A stretch of DNA of 64,000 bases from an uncultured bacterium (GCA_964434945.1 CAYSWZ010000073.1:13938-77937), one strand, 5' to 3'. Positions 28,579 through 37,476 are shown, numbered from the stretch's first letter. Translations and numbers: made by a program. Notes: a model not told the origin generated them from the sequence alone.

Positions 28579-29427
28579 ATGCGAGCGGTGCGAGGCTTGG
28601 TGGCGGGGGCGCTCGGGATGGCCCTCGCGCTGGGCTTCGCCACGACTGCGTTCGGCGCGATTGCCCCGGACCGCGTCCCGATCAGCGGGGGCAAGTATCA
28701 CCCGCTCTATCGCCAGCCCGTGCGCGGGACCGATCGCGACACGCTGCTGCGCCAGGTCGTGGCCGTGGACGTGCCGCCGTTCCTCCTCGGCCGCACGCCG
28801 GTGACGAACGGCGACTACCTCGAGTTCGTGCGCGCGCATCCGGAGTGGCGGCGCTCGCGCGTGTCCCGCCTGTTCGCGGACGAATCGTACCTGCACCACT
28901 GGCGCGGCGAGCTGGATCCCGGGCCCGGGGCTCCGGCCTCGAGCCCGGTGGTCTACGTGTCGTGGTTCGCCGCGCGCGCGTACGCTGCGGCGCACGGCGG
29001 GCGGCTGCCCAGCGTGGCCGAGTGGGAGCTGGTCGCCGCGGCGGACGAGAAGCGCCGCGACGCCTCGCGCGACCCGCGTTTCCTCGAACGCGTGCGGGAC
29101 TGGTACGCACGCCCGTCGCCCGCGGTCCTGCCCGAGGTTGGGCACGTGTTCCGAAACGTCTGGGGGGTGGACGACATGCACGGCCTCGTGTGGGAGTGGA
29201 CGCTCGACTTCAACTCGGCGCTGGTGTCGGGGGAGTCGCGTGGGGACGCCTCGCTGGAGCGGTCGCTCTTCTGCGGCGCGGGCGCCACCAATGCGGCGGA
29301 CTTTGCGGACTACGCCGCGTTCATGCGCTTCGCCTACCGGGCCAGCCTCCAGGCGCGCTACACCACCGCGCAGCTCGGCTTCCGAGTCGCCTACGACGTC
29401 CCCCCGGCGAAGACGGGGGCACGCTGA
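28579..29427 (+). CDS. nirV: NirV-like formylglycine-generating-enzyme (SUMF1) family protein
   Basis: Signal peptide MRAVRGLVAGALGMALALGFATTAFG. FGE-sulfatase motifs TPVTNGDYLEFV, PVVYVSWFAARAYAAAHGGRLPSVAEWE, GLVWEWTLD and LGFRVAYD. Position immediately after nirK matches known nirK-nirV pairs. Confidence 0.8.
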   Translation: MRAVRGLVAGALGMALALGFATTAFGAIAPDRVPISGGKYHPLYRQPVRGTDRDTLLRQVVAVDVPPFLLGRTPVTNGDYLEFVRAHPEWRRSRVSRLFADESYLHHWRGELDPGPGAPASSPVVYVSWFAARAYAAAHGGRLPSVAEWELVAAADEKRRDASRDPRFLERVRDWYARPSPAVLPEVGHVFRNVWGVDDMHGLVWEWTLDFNSALVSGESRGDASLERSLFCGAGATNAADFADYAAFMRFAYRASLQARYTTAQLGFRVAYDVPPAKTGAR

Positions 29428-30068
29428 TGTCGCCGGCCCGCCTGCGCCCGCGCTGCGTCGCTTCGACACGGGGGGTCGCGCTCGCCCTCGCCGCGTGCGT
29501 GGGGCTGGGTGGTTGTGACGGCCATCGCGGGGCTGCCCCGGGCGCCGGCGCCGCCCGCGAACCCGCGGCGACGCGTGCCGCCGAGCCGTCGCTCCACGAG
29601 CTGACGTTCGCGCTCACCGACGCGAACGGCCACGTGCGGCACATGACGGACTTCCGCGGCCGGCCGTTCGTCGCGAGCATGATCTACACGCACTGCACCT
29701 CCGTGTGCCCGCGCATCACCGCCGACCTCCAGGCGCTCGACCGGGCCTTGCCACCCGACGTGCGCGAGCACACGCGCTTCGTCCTTTTCTCGCTCGACCC
29801 CGCGCGCGACACGCCCGCGGCGCTGACCGGATTCGCGCGCGACCATCACCTCGATCCGGCCCGCTGGACGCTGCTCGCCGCCGGGCCGGACGACATGCGC
29901 ACGCTGGCCGCGGTGCTCGACGTACGGTTCCGGCCCGACGCGGGCGGCGAGATCGCGCACTCGGCGGTGATCGTGGTGGTGGACAGTGCCGGCGTGATCC
30001 GCCATCGCCAGGTCGGGCTCACCGGCGATCCCGCCCCGCTCGTGGCGGCGGTGCGCGCGGTGGAGTGA
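29427..30068 (+). CDS. SCO1/SenC family copper chaperone
   Basis: ATG overlaps the nirV stop (TGATG). Lipoprotein-like LALAACVGLGGC. Thioredoxin-fold motif YTHCTSVCP (CxxxCP) and conserved His in GGEIAHSAVIVVVD. Confidence 0.85.
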   Translation: MSPARLRPRCVASTRGVALALAACVGLGGCDGHRGAAPGAGAAREPAATRAAEPSLHELTFALTDANGHVRHMTDFRGRPFVASMIYTHCTSVCPRITADLQALDRALPPDVREHTRFVLFSLDPARDTPAALTGFARDHHLDPARWTLLAAGPDDMRTLAAVLDVRFRPDAGGEIAHSAVIVVVDSAGVIRHRQVGLTGDPAPLVAAVRAVE

Positions 30069-30111
30069 CCGGCGTGGGAGCGGGCGCGGGCCGCGCGCCC
30101 GCTCCCACCGC

Positions 30112-31128
30112 TCACTTGTAGAGGTAGTAGAGCGTGATCCGCACCGCGACGTCCGCCTTCCGGTCGGCGAGCGCCGAGGACTTGGCCAGGTAATTGCGCA
30201 CCAGCACGTTGGGCATGAGGTGCACGTTCGGGCGGGGGGACGCGTCGAGCGCCGCGATCCAGTACATCTCGCGGTAGCCGGTGCTCGCCTGCCGGGTGTC
30301 GGGGTCGAACCAGTCCACGCGGCCGACCGCGCTCCAATGATCGGTCAGCCGGCCGTGTCCGAACAGGCTCGTGCCCGCGGGGACCATGTCCGCTCCGGCG
30401 GGGCCGGCAGCCGCGTTCACGCGGCGGAACGCCTGCAGGCCGGCCGCGTCGGGACCCTTCTGCCAGCCGAGGAACGCCTGCGTGGTCCACTTGTCGTGCG
30501 GACCCGTCTCGCCCTCGAAGTCGCCCATGCCCTCGAACACGAAGTTCCCGAACTGGATCGGCACCGAGAGCATGAGCTTCTTGGACGCGTTGTTCTCCGG
30601 CTTCTGGCCGCTGCCATTCGCGAACATGAGGTGCCAGCCGAGGGGGCGCCCGGGAGCGGGGGCCCGCTGCAGCGCCACGCCGAGATCGGTCGCGGTGCCG
30701 AAGCCCTCGAAGTCGAGCAGCGTCTTCTCGAGCGAGCGATATCCCCAGTAGCTCTCGACCAGCGCCCACGTAGGCGTGAGGGACATCCCCATGGTGAGGT
30801 TGCCGAGGGGGCCGAACCGGCTCCAGCGCAGCCACACCTGCTTCAGGAACGCCGCGGACTTGCCCTTCGAGGTCAACTCGTTGTCGTCGGCCTCGAACTG
30901 GACCCGCACCGCGAACACCGTGTCGAGGTCCTGGTCGAGCGTGAACTGCACACGGCGGAACCGGAACGACGACGTGTCGGCGGGCACCGAGTAACCATGG
31001 ATCGCATCCTGGAAATCGGCGTACACCATTCCCGAGAGTCTTGCCTGGCCATGCGCGGGCGCGGCGAGTGCTGCCGCGAGCAGCACGGCGCACGCCACCA
31101 CCCGGGACGATCTGGCGCTGCGGAACAT
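30112..31128 (-). CDS. outer-membrane porin (phosphate-selective porin O/P-like)
   Basis: Signal peptide MFRSARSSRVVACAVLLAAALAAPAHG and a beta-strand-rich body ending RITLYYLYK. Family assignment is from overall pattern only. Confidence 0.7.
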   Translation of the reverse strand: MFRSARSSRVVACAVLLAAALAAPAHGQARLSGMVYADFQDAIHGYSVPADTSSFRFRRVQFTLDQDLDTVFAVRVQFEADDNELTSKGKSAAFLKQVWLRWSRFGPLGNLTMGMSLTPTWALVESYWGYRSLEKTLLDFEGFGTATDLGVALQRAPAPGRPLGWHLMFANGSGQKPENNASKKLMLSVPIQFGNFVFEGMGDFEGETGPHDKWTTQAFLGWQKGPDAAGLQAFRRVNAAAGPAGADMVPAGTSLFGHGRLTDHWSAVGRVDWFDPDTRQASTGYREMYWIAALDASPRPNVHLMPNVLVRNYLAKSSALADRKADVAVRITLYYLYK

Positions 31129-31265
31129 CGCGGACCTCCTCCATCAACGAGTCGCGGACGTCCTGCCACGGCGTCGCGCGAGCCGGTTCGCTTCGCGTAC
31201 CTCCGGCACCCGACACCATCGTGTGCCGCTGTCCGCGAGCATCGGCGAGCCGGCGCGCGGTCCCT

Positions 31266-31279
31266 ATGACGGCGGTCAT
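31266..31279. promoter_or_regulatory. candidate Crp/Fnr-type box ATGAC-GGCG-GTCAT
   Basis: Third copy of the same palindrome, in the divergent intergenic region between the porin (start 31128, minus strand) and the small OMP (start 31457, plus strand). Confidence 0.4.
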
Positions 31280-31456
31280 GCCGGGTGTCGAACACGCCTC
31301 GCCCCATCGACCCTCCGATGCGCAGGGGGATTCCGCTGCGCGACGCTCGCGGCGTGGCGGCGCGACGGCTCCCGGGATTGCGTCGTCCCCCGCCGCGTGT
31401 TACTGGTGGCGCAGGCCCCGAAAGGGCTCCCCGCGCAACCAACGAAAGGACTCGCC

Positions 31457-31939
31457 ATGCTGCGTCGCATACTCTTCGCACTCGCGCTGCTCGCGTCGCT
31501 CCCCGCGGCCGCATCCGCAGGGCCGTTCTCGGCGTGGGGCCCGCAGATCGGCTTCAGCTCCGGTCCGGACCAGATCGTGGTCGGCGGACACCTGCTGGTC
31601 CGGGATGTCGCCCCGCAGCTGGATCTCGTGCCGAGCCTCGATCTCGGCTTCGGCGACAGCCAGACGCTGGTGTCGATCAACGGCGATTTCCGCTATCGAA
31701 TCCAGGTCAAGTCCCAGTGGGTGCCCTACGTGGGTGCCGGACTCGCCGTTCACTTCTTCTCGTTCGACAACCCGGGTCCCGGCGTGGACAACAGCGAGAC
31801 GAAGGCGGGCGGGCAGATCATCGCCGGCGCGCAGGTCCCGACGAAGAGCAAGAACCTGTTCTTCGCGGAGTTGAAGCTCGGCCTCGGTGACTCGCCGGAT
31901 TTCAAGGCCATGGCGGGTTGGAGCTTCGGGCTCAAGTAG
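31457..31939 (+). CDS. small outer-membrane beta-barrel protein, paralog 1
   Basis: MLRRILFALALLASLPAAASA signal. 160 aa. ~50% identical by eye to the next gene. Ends FKAMAGWSFGLK. Confidence 0.7.
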   Translation: MLRRILFALALLASLPAAASAGPFSAWGPQIGFSSGPDQIVVGGHLLVRDVAPQLDLVPSLDLGFGDSQTLVSINGDFRYRIQVKSQWVPYVGAGLAVHFFSFDNPGPGVDNSETKAGGQIIAGAQVPTKSKNLFFAELKLGLGDSPDFKAMAGWSFGLK

Positions 31940-32251
31940 GGGCGTCACTCTCCATCTGCACTCGCCCGTGCACGATCGGGTGATGTGCGCGCACACCCGC
32001 GTCAGGCTTCGGCAAAAAGATGCGCGTGGTTGCGCAAGTGTTGTGGTGATGGCACTTCGAAAAGTGCACGCCACTTGCTCCAGAGGCCCGAAAATCTTGA
32101 AGGGGCTCGCGGGGCGCGCCGATACTCGGCCTGACGGCTGGTGTTCCGGGAGAGGCCAGCCGGCGGTGCCGCAGGCGCCGAGGGTCCGGGCCTTGCTCCA
32201 CCGACCCCGTCCCAGATCACTCCCCCGCGCAACACACGAGAGGACTCCGTC

Positions 32252-32734
32252 ATGCTGCGTCGCTCGCTCATCGCACTCGCGATTCTCGTGATGCTGCCCG
32301 CGGCCGCGTCCGCCGGCTCGTTCAGCTACTTCGGCCCCCAGCTGGGATTCAGCCAGGGGCCCGATCAGTTCGTCGTCGGAGGGCATCTGAAGTGGAATAC
32401 CGTCGCCCCGTCGCTGGACTTCGTGCCCGGCGTCGAGGCCGGGTTCGGTAGCAACTTCTCGCTGGTGTCGCTCAACGGCGACTTCCACTACAAGATCTCG
32501 TCCGGCACCCGCTGGCAGCCTTACGTCGGTGCCGGTGTCGGCATGCACTTCTCCTCGACCGACAACAGCTTCGGCAATACCAGCACCGGCGCCACCGCCA
32601 CCGGCGGGCACTTCATCATCGGCGCCGGGGTTCCCACGCGCGGAAGCGCCCGGTTCTTCACCGAGCTGAAGCTGGGCTTCGGCGATTCGCCGGACATGAA
32701 GATCATGGCGGGCTGGAACTACCGGGCCCGCTGA
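32252..32734 (+). CDS. small outer-membrane beta-barrel protein, paralog 2
   Basis: MLRRSLIALAILVMLPAAASA signal. Shares GPQxGFSxGPDQxVVGGHL, SLxSxNGDFxYxI, WxPYVGAGxxxHF and FxELKLGxGDSPDxKxMAGW with paralog 1. The 5' leader is also conserved. Confidence 0.7.
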   Translation: MLRRSLIALAILVMLPAAASAGSFSYFGPQLGFSQGPDQFVVGGHLKWNTVAPSLDFVPGVEAGFGSNFSLVSLNGDFHYKISSGTRWQPYVGAGVGMHFSSTDNSFGNTSTGATATGGHFIIGAGVPTRGSARFFTELKLGFGDSPDMKIMAGWNYRAR

Positions 32735-32922
32735 CGTCCACGTTACTCGTGCCGCGCCGGCCCGGGCCCGTCCCGCGACCGGCGCGGCGTTTCTACGGCA
32801 CCCGCTTCGCCGCGCGGTCCGGCCCGGAGGCCGCCCGCGGGTGCCCGTGCCGCGACTACGCCTCTCCGGCACGCTGACCTATGCTCCCCTGCGTCGTGCC
32901 CGTGCCCTCCGGAGGAACCCCG

Positions 32923-34836
32923 ATGCGCCGCCTGTCCGCATTCGAACTCGCGCTCCCGTGGCTCGCGTCCCTGTCGATGTTCGCGCCCGCACCGGCGCGC
33001 GCCGACATCACGCGCGAGGCGGAAGCCGTCGTGCGCCGCTACCTCGATGCCACGGGCGGCGCGGCGGCGTTCGCGGCCGAGAGCACCGGTTACACGCACG
33101 CGCGCGTCGAGGGGTTCGGGTTCACGGGCTGGTTCGCGGCGTGGAGCGCTCGACCGGCGCGCCGCTATTCACGGACCGAACTCGGCCCGTTCAAGCTGGC
33201 GGAGGGCGTGGACGGCGCCACCGCGTGGCGCACCGATCCCACGACCGGGCTCGTGCGCCCGCTCGCGGACAACGATCTCGACCAGGCGCTCGCCAGCGCG
33301 TGGTTCGAGTTCGAGCGCTGGGCCGAGCCCGACCAGGGCGGCGGCCAGGTGACGTTCGCCGGCCACGACCGCGATTCGCTCGGCACGGTGAGCGTGCTCG
33401 AGGTGACGCCGCCCGACCTGGCGAAGGGCGGGCGCCCGCTCCACCCGCGGCGGCTGTGGTTCAACGACGCGAACGGCCTGCTCGTTCGCGAGGTCTCGCG
33501 CGACGATCAGCGCGAGGTGGTCAGCAGGCTGTTCGACTACCGCCGCGCCGGCGCCCGCCTCCACCCGTATACGAACGAGACCGGGGTGACCAGCATGCCC
33601 GCGAACACGCTGCGCGCGATCTCGGACACGGTGCTCGTGAACGTCAGTGTCGCCGGCCTGCCGTTCTCGCCGCCGAGCCAGGCCGCGAGCACCGTGCACT
33701 GGCTCGTGAAGGACGGCGTCGCCCGCCTGCCGTTCGAGTACCGGGCCCGCCACGTCTGGCTCAAGGCCAGCGTCAACGGCGGTGCGGCCGAGAACTTCCT
33801 GTTCGACACCGGCGCGAGCGTCACGGTGATCGACAGCAGCTGGGCGACCGAGCACGGGATAAAGACCGAGGGGCACATGCAGGCCTCGGGCGCGGGCGCC
33901 TCGGGCGGAGCGTCTTTCGCCAAGCTCGGCTCGCTGCGCGTGGCGTCGGCCGCGGGGGACGGCATCGAGTTGCAGGACGTCCAGGTCGCGGTGCTCGACG
34001 TGAACCCGCAGTTCGAGCCGCTGTTCTGGCGCCGCATGGCCGGCGTGATCGGGTACGACGTCATCAGCCGCTTCGTCGTGACGGTGGACTACGACGACAG
34101 CACGCTGGTGCTGCACGACCCGGCCGACTGGCGGTACACGGGCAGCGAGCGGCCGCTCCCCATGGTCATGAACGGCACGGTGCCCGCGATCCGCGGCACG
34201 TTCGACGGGAGCGACGAGGGCCTGTTCCGACTCGACGTTGGCAGCAGCAGCACCGTGGATGTGCACGCGCCGTTCGCGAACGCGAAGGGATTGAAGGGCC
34301 GCATGGGCCGGACGCAGACGGTGGACGGCGTGGGCTTCGGCGGCGCGTTCTCGTCCGAGATCGGCCGGCTGCGGAGCATGAGCCTCGGCCCCTACGAGTG
34401 GGACGACCCGATCGTGGTGGTCTCGAGCGCGACACAGGGTGCGTTCGCGAGCGAGGAGTTCGCGGGCAACATCGGCAACCGCGTGCTCGAACGCTTCCGG
34501 GTCACGTTCGACTACCAGCGGCGCGAGGTCTTCCTCGAGCCGGGCAAACGCTATTCGGACCGCGACCGGCTGACGCGCTGCGGGATGTTGCTGACCCGGC
34601 GGGACGGCACGGTGACCGTGGCGAGCGTCCTCGCCAACTCGCCCGCGGACCATGCGGGACTGCGAGAGGGGGATCAGTTGCTGGCGCTGGATGGACGCCC
34701 CATCTCGCAGTGGGACCTGCCCGAGGTGAGCGCGCTCCTCGACGACGGAGAGGTCGGCCGCAAGGTGCCGGTGCGCATGCGCCGGCATGATGTCGAGAAG
34801 TCGGTCAAGATCAAGCTCGCGGAAGTCATCCGGTAG
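32923..34836 (+). CDS. secreted tandem retropepsin-like aspartyl protease with C-terminal PDZ domain
   Basis: Signal MRRLSAFELALPWLASLSMFAPAPARA. Two clan-AA-like modules with FLFDTGASVTVID (about 33803) and FRLDVGSSSTVDV (about 34231). C-terminal PDZ (GMLLTRRDGTVTVASVLANSPADHAGLREGDQLLALDG). Confidence 0.75.
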   Translation: MRRLSAFELALPWLASLSMFAPAPARADITREAEAVVRRYLDATGGAAAFAAESTGYTHARVEGFGFTGWFAAWSARPARRYSRTELGPFKLAEGVDGATAWRTDPTTGLVRPLADNDLDQALASAWFEFERWAEPDQGGGQVTFAGHDRDSLGTVSVLEVTPPDLAKGGRPLHPRRLWFNDANGLLVREVSRDDQREVVSRLFDYRRAGARLHPYTNETGVTSMPANTLRAISDTVLVNVSVAGLPFSPPSQAASTVHWLVKDGVARLPFEYRARHVWLKASVNGGAAENFLFDTGASVTVIDSSWATEHGIKTEGHMQASGAGASGGASFAKLGSLRVASAAGDGIELQDVQVAVLDVNPQFEPLFWRRMAGVIGYDVISRFVVTVDYDDSTLVLHDPADWRYTGSERPLPMVMNGTVPAIRGTFDGSDEGLFRLDVGSSSTVDVHAPFANAKGLKGRMGRTQTVDGVGFGGAFSSEIGRLRSMSLGPYEWDDPIVVVSSATQGAFASEEFAGNIGNRVLERFRVTFDYQRREVFLEPGKRYSDRDRLTRCGMLLTRRDGTVTVASVLANSPADHAGLREGDQLLALDGRPISQWDLPEVSALLDDGEVGRKVPVRMRRHDVEKSVKIKLAEVIR

Positions 34837-34947
34837 CGGGCAGGGAATCGCCGCCGGGTCCGGGCCCGCCGCGAATCCCGATTCCCCGGGGGACGGCCGC
34901 TACCGTATCCTTGATGCTCGTCCCTTGATCCGGCCCCCGGAGGCTCC

Positions 34948-37197
34948 ATGTCCCAGTCCGGCGCCCGCCGCGCGGCCCGCGCCGCCGCGGCCCTCGCCCT
35001 GGTGTCCGCTGCGATCTGGCCCGCGGCATGCTCCAAGTCGCCGCCATTCGACCCGGGACCGAATCAGCGCCCGACGATCGAGGTCACGCAGGCGCCGGTG
35101 AACGCGACGCAGCCGTTCTTCTACGCGTACGAGCTGCGCTGGGCCGGCTACGACGTGGACGGCCGGATCGACCACTTCCGCTATGCCATCGATCCGCCGA
35201 CCCAGACGGTCGCCGAGACGGTGTGGGTGAACACGACGGAGAACCGGAAGTCGTTCCTGTTCCATTCCGACAGCCTCTCCACGTCCGCCGACCAGACCGC
35301 GGAAGGCTTCCACACCATCGTGCTCGAGGCGGTCGACGACCGCGGCGCACCCTCGGCGCCGGTCTCGCGCTCGTTCACCTCGTTCACGATCGCCCCCACG
35401 GTGCAGATCGTGCAGCCGGTGCTGAACCACCTGTTCTCGCCGACGTTCGGGCCGTCGTTTCACATGACGTGGAAGGGCAACGATCCCGACGGGCGCACCT
35501 CGAACCAGCCCGTCCAGTACAAGTTCAAGATGTTCAGCGACGCCGGCAGCGACTTCGACTTCCTGCGGGTGCTGACGGACCCGGACTCGGTGCGCCGCCG
35601 GTACGCGCCGCACTTCAGCGAGTGGGACTCGGTCGGCGGCGACACCACCTCCTTTGATTTTCGCGACCTCATCCCCGGGCATCACTACGTGGTGGTGGTC
35701 GTCGCCATCGACGAGGTGGGAGCGTATTCGCCAGTCATGAACTTCGACGTGAACATGCTGTACTTCAACGTCAGCTACGCCGGGCTGCTCGGGCCCAAGC
35801 TGACGATCTACAACGACAGCTTCTACTACACCGCGTCCACCGGGGGCGGCTTCCCGCTCGACCCGGCCGCCTACATCCATGCCGAGGCGCCCGCGGGGTT
35901 CCCGATCCACTTCAATTGGTCGGCGACCACGGAGAACGGCTCGTTCGTGACCGGATTCCGCTGGATGGTCGACGGCAACGTCGGGGACGAGACACCGCGT
36001 ACGGACGAGGCGACCGATCTCGTTCACTGGAGCCAGTATTCGCCCCTGTCCCAGTCCGTGAGCCTGCCCGCGATCACTCCGTCCGGTGCGAGCGAGACGC
36101 ACTTCTTCTACCTCGAGGCCCAGGACAACAACCAGCAGATCAGCATCGTGGTCGTGCAGTACGTCGTGGTCCGGGCGCTGTTCGACCGGGAGCTTCTCAT
36201 CGTCGACGACACCCGCCTGCTCCCGGACCACAAGGTGGGAACCTGCGTCGACCGGCCGCGGGGCGTGTGGCCCACCGCGGCGGAGCTCGACACGTTCTTC
36301 TTCGCCCGCGGTGGCAAACCGTGGAAGTGCTATCCGACCGGCACGCTGTCTCCCGTCGGCATCTTCTCGGGCTACGCCTACGACACGCTCGGCACACGCT
36401 TCCTGCCGCAGGGCACGCTGACCCTGCAGCAGCTGGCGCACTACCGGCACCTGATCTGGTACACGGACAACAAGGCGTCGCTCAACATCAACGAACCGAA
36501 CGTCACGCTCGACCCGATGAGCGAGCTGCGCTGGCTGTCGAGCCCGGGCCGCAGCAACCCGATCGGGACCTGGGTCACGCAGGGGGGCCAGGTGTGGATG
36601 TTCGGCGGCGGCATCGCCAGCTCTCTGCAGCGGAACTGGGAAAAGTCCGGCACCGCGGCCGACGTGTACTCGAACGCGGACGGCGAGCTGGTGCCGGGTC
36701 GCTTCATGTACGACGTCTTCGGCTGGCGCAGCGAGATCACGGCCCGGTCGTTCGCCCAGGCCACGAAGCCGGACCACCCGATCGGCCGCGGCAGCGATTC
36801 CCCCGATTACTCGACGCTGCCCGACTACCTGTTCGAGAAGTCGGTGGACACGGACGACATCAACGTCTACGGCCCGAACCGCATCGGGACGAGCGACTTC
36901 TACCAGTCATCACAGGTGGGCGAGGGCCTCACCAAGCCGAACGATGTGCTCGAGGACCAGGATCCGGACCCTTACGTGGTGCACATGGAAGCGGTGCTCG
37001 ACACGATCTACGAATCGGTCGGGGGCCAACTGGGTTCGACTCGCCCGGTCATGACGCTCATGCACAGCGCGAGCGGGAAGCCGCAGGTCTTCACCGGTTT
37101 CCAGCTCTGGTACTGGCAACGCGGCGAGCAGATCCCGATCGTCGACTGGGTGCTCCAGACCCTGTGGGGCATCCCGCGGAGCAACGTTCCGCGCTAG
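34948..37197 (+). CDS. large lipoprotein of unknown function
   Basis: 749 aa. Signal plus lipobox ALALVSAAIWPAAC. Normal composition throughout with repeated beta-sandwich-like modules (YELRWAGYDVDGRIDHFRYAIDPP, FHMTWKGNDPDGRTSNQPVQYKFKMF, FNWSATTENGSFVTGFRWMVDG). No motif I can assign. Confidence 0.75.
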   Translation: MSQSGARRAARAAAALALVSAAIWPAACSKSPPFDPGPNQRPTIEVTQAPVNATQPFFYAYELRWAGYDVDGRIDHFRYAIDPPTQTVAETVWVNTTENRKSFLFHSDSLSTSADQTAEGFHTIVLEAVDDRGAPSAPVSRSFTSFTIAPTVQIVQPVLNHLFSPTFGPSFHMTWKGNDPDGRTSNQPVQYKFKMFSDAGSDFDFLRVLTDPDSVRRRYAPHFSEWDSVGGDTTSFDFRDLIPGHHYVVVVVAIDEVGAYSPVMNFDVNMLYFNVSYAGLLGPKLTIYNDSFYYTASTGGGFPLDPAAYIHAEAPAGFPIHFNWSATTENGSFVTGFRWMVDGNVGDETPRTDEATDLVHWSQYSPLSQSVSLPAITPSGASETHFFYLEAQDNNQQISIVVVQYVVVRALFDRELLIVDDTRLLPDHKVGTCVDRPRGVWPTAAELDTFFFARGGKPWKCYPTGTLSPVGIFSGYAYDTLGTRFLPQGTLTLQQLAHYRHLIWYTDNKASLNINEPNVTLDPMSELRWLSSPGRSNPIGTWVTQGGQVWMFGGGIASSLQRNWEKSGTAADVYSNADGELVPGRFMYDVFGWRSEITARSFAQATKPDHPIGRGSDSPDYSTLPDYLFEKSVDTDDINVYGPNRIGTSDFYQSSQVGEGLTKPNDVLEDQDPDPYVVHMEAVLDTIYESVGGQLGSTRPVMTLMHSASGKPQVFTGFQLWYWQRGEQIPIVDWVLQTLWGIPRSNVPR

Positions 37198-37251
37198 GTG
37201 ACGCCCGGTTGCCCATTGCGAGTCGTCTTGCGACATCTCGTTGATAGGCGC

Positions 37252-37399
37252 GGCGGGGGTGCGGGGGGTCTCGCTCGAGGCGAACGCTCGGTCCGGACCT
37301 CCTGTCCGGACCTTCGCTGACGCTCGCGACGGCCTCCGCCATTCCATGGCTGCGGCCTGCTCGCGACTCGCCTCGAGCGAGACCCCCCGCACCCCCGCC
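37252..37399 (+). repeat. composite palindromic intergenic element, copy C (31-nt perfect inverted arms plus 86-nt core)
   Basis: Arms 37252-37282 (GGCGGGGGTGCGGGGGGTCTCGCTCGAGGCG) and 37369-37399 are perfect reverse complements. Core 37283-37368 is homologous to 5557-5644. Confidence 0.85.
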
Positions 37400-37476
37400 T
37401 CACACTGTCGAAGCCCGGAGGCCGCAGCACCTGCGAGGCCCGGCCCACCCCCCCGGCGACGACTCACCACGATTGC

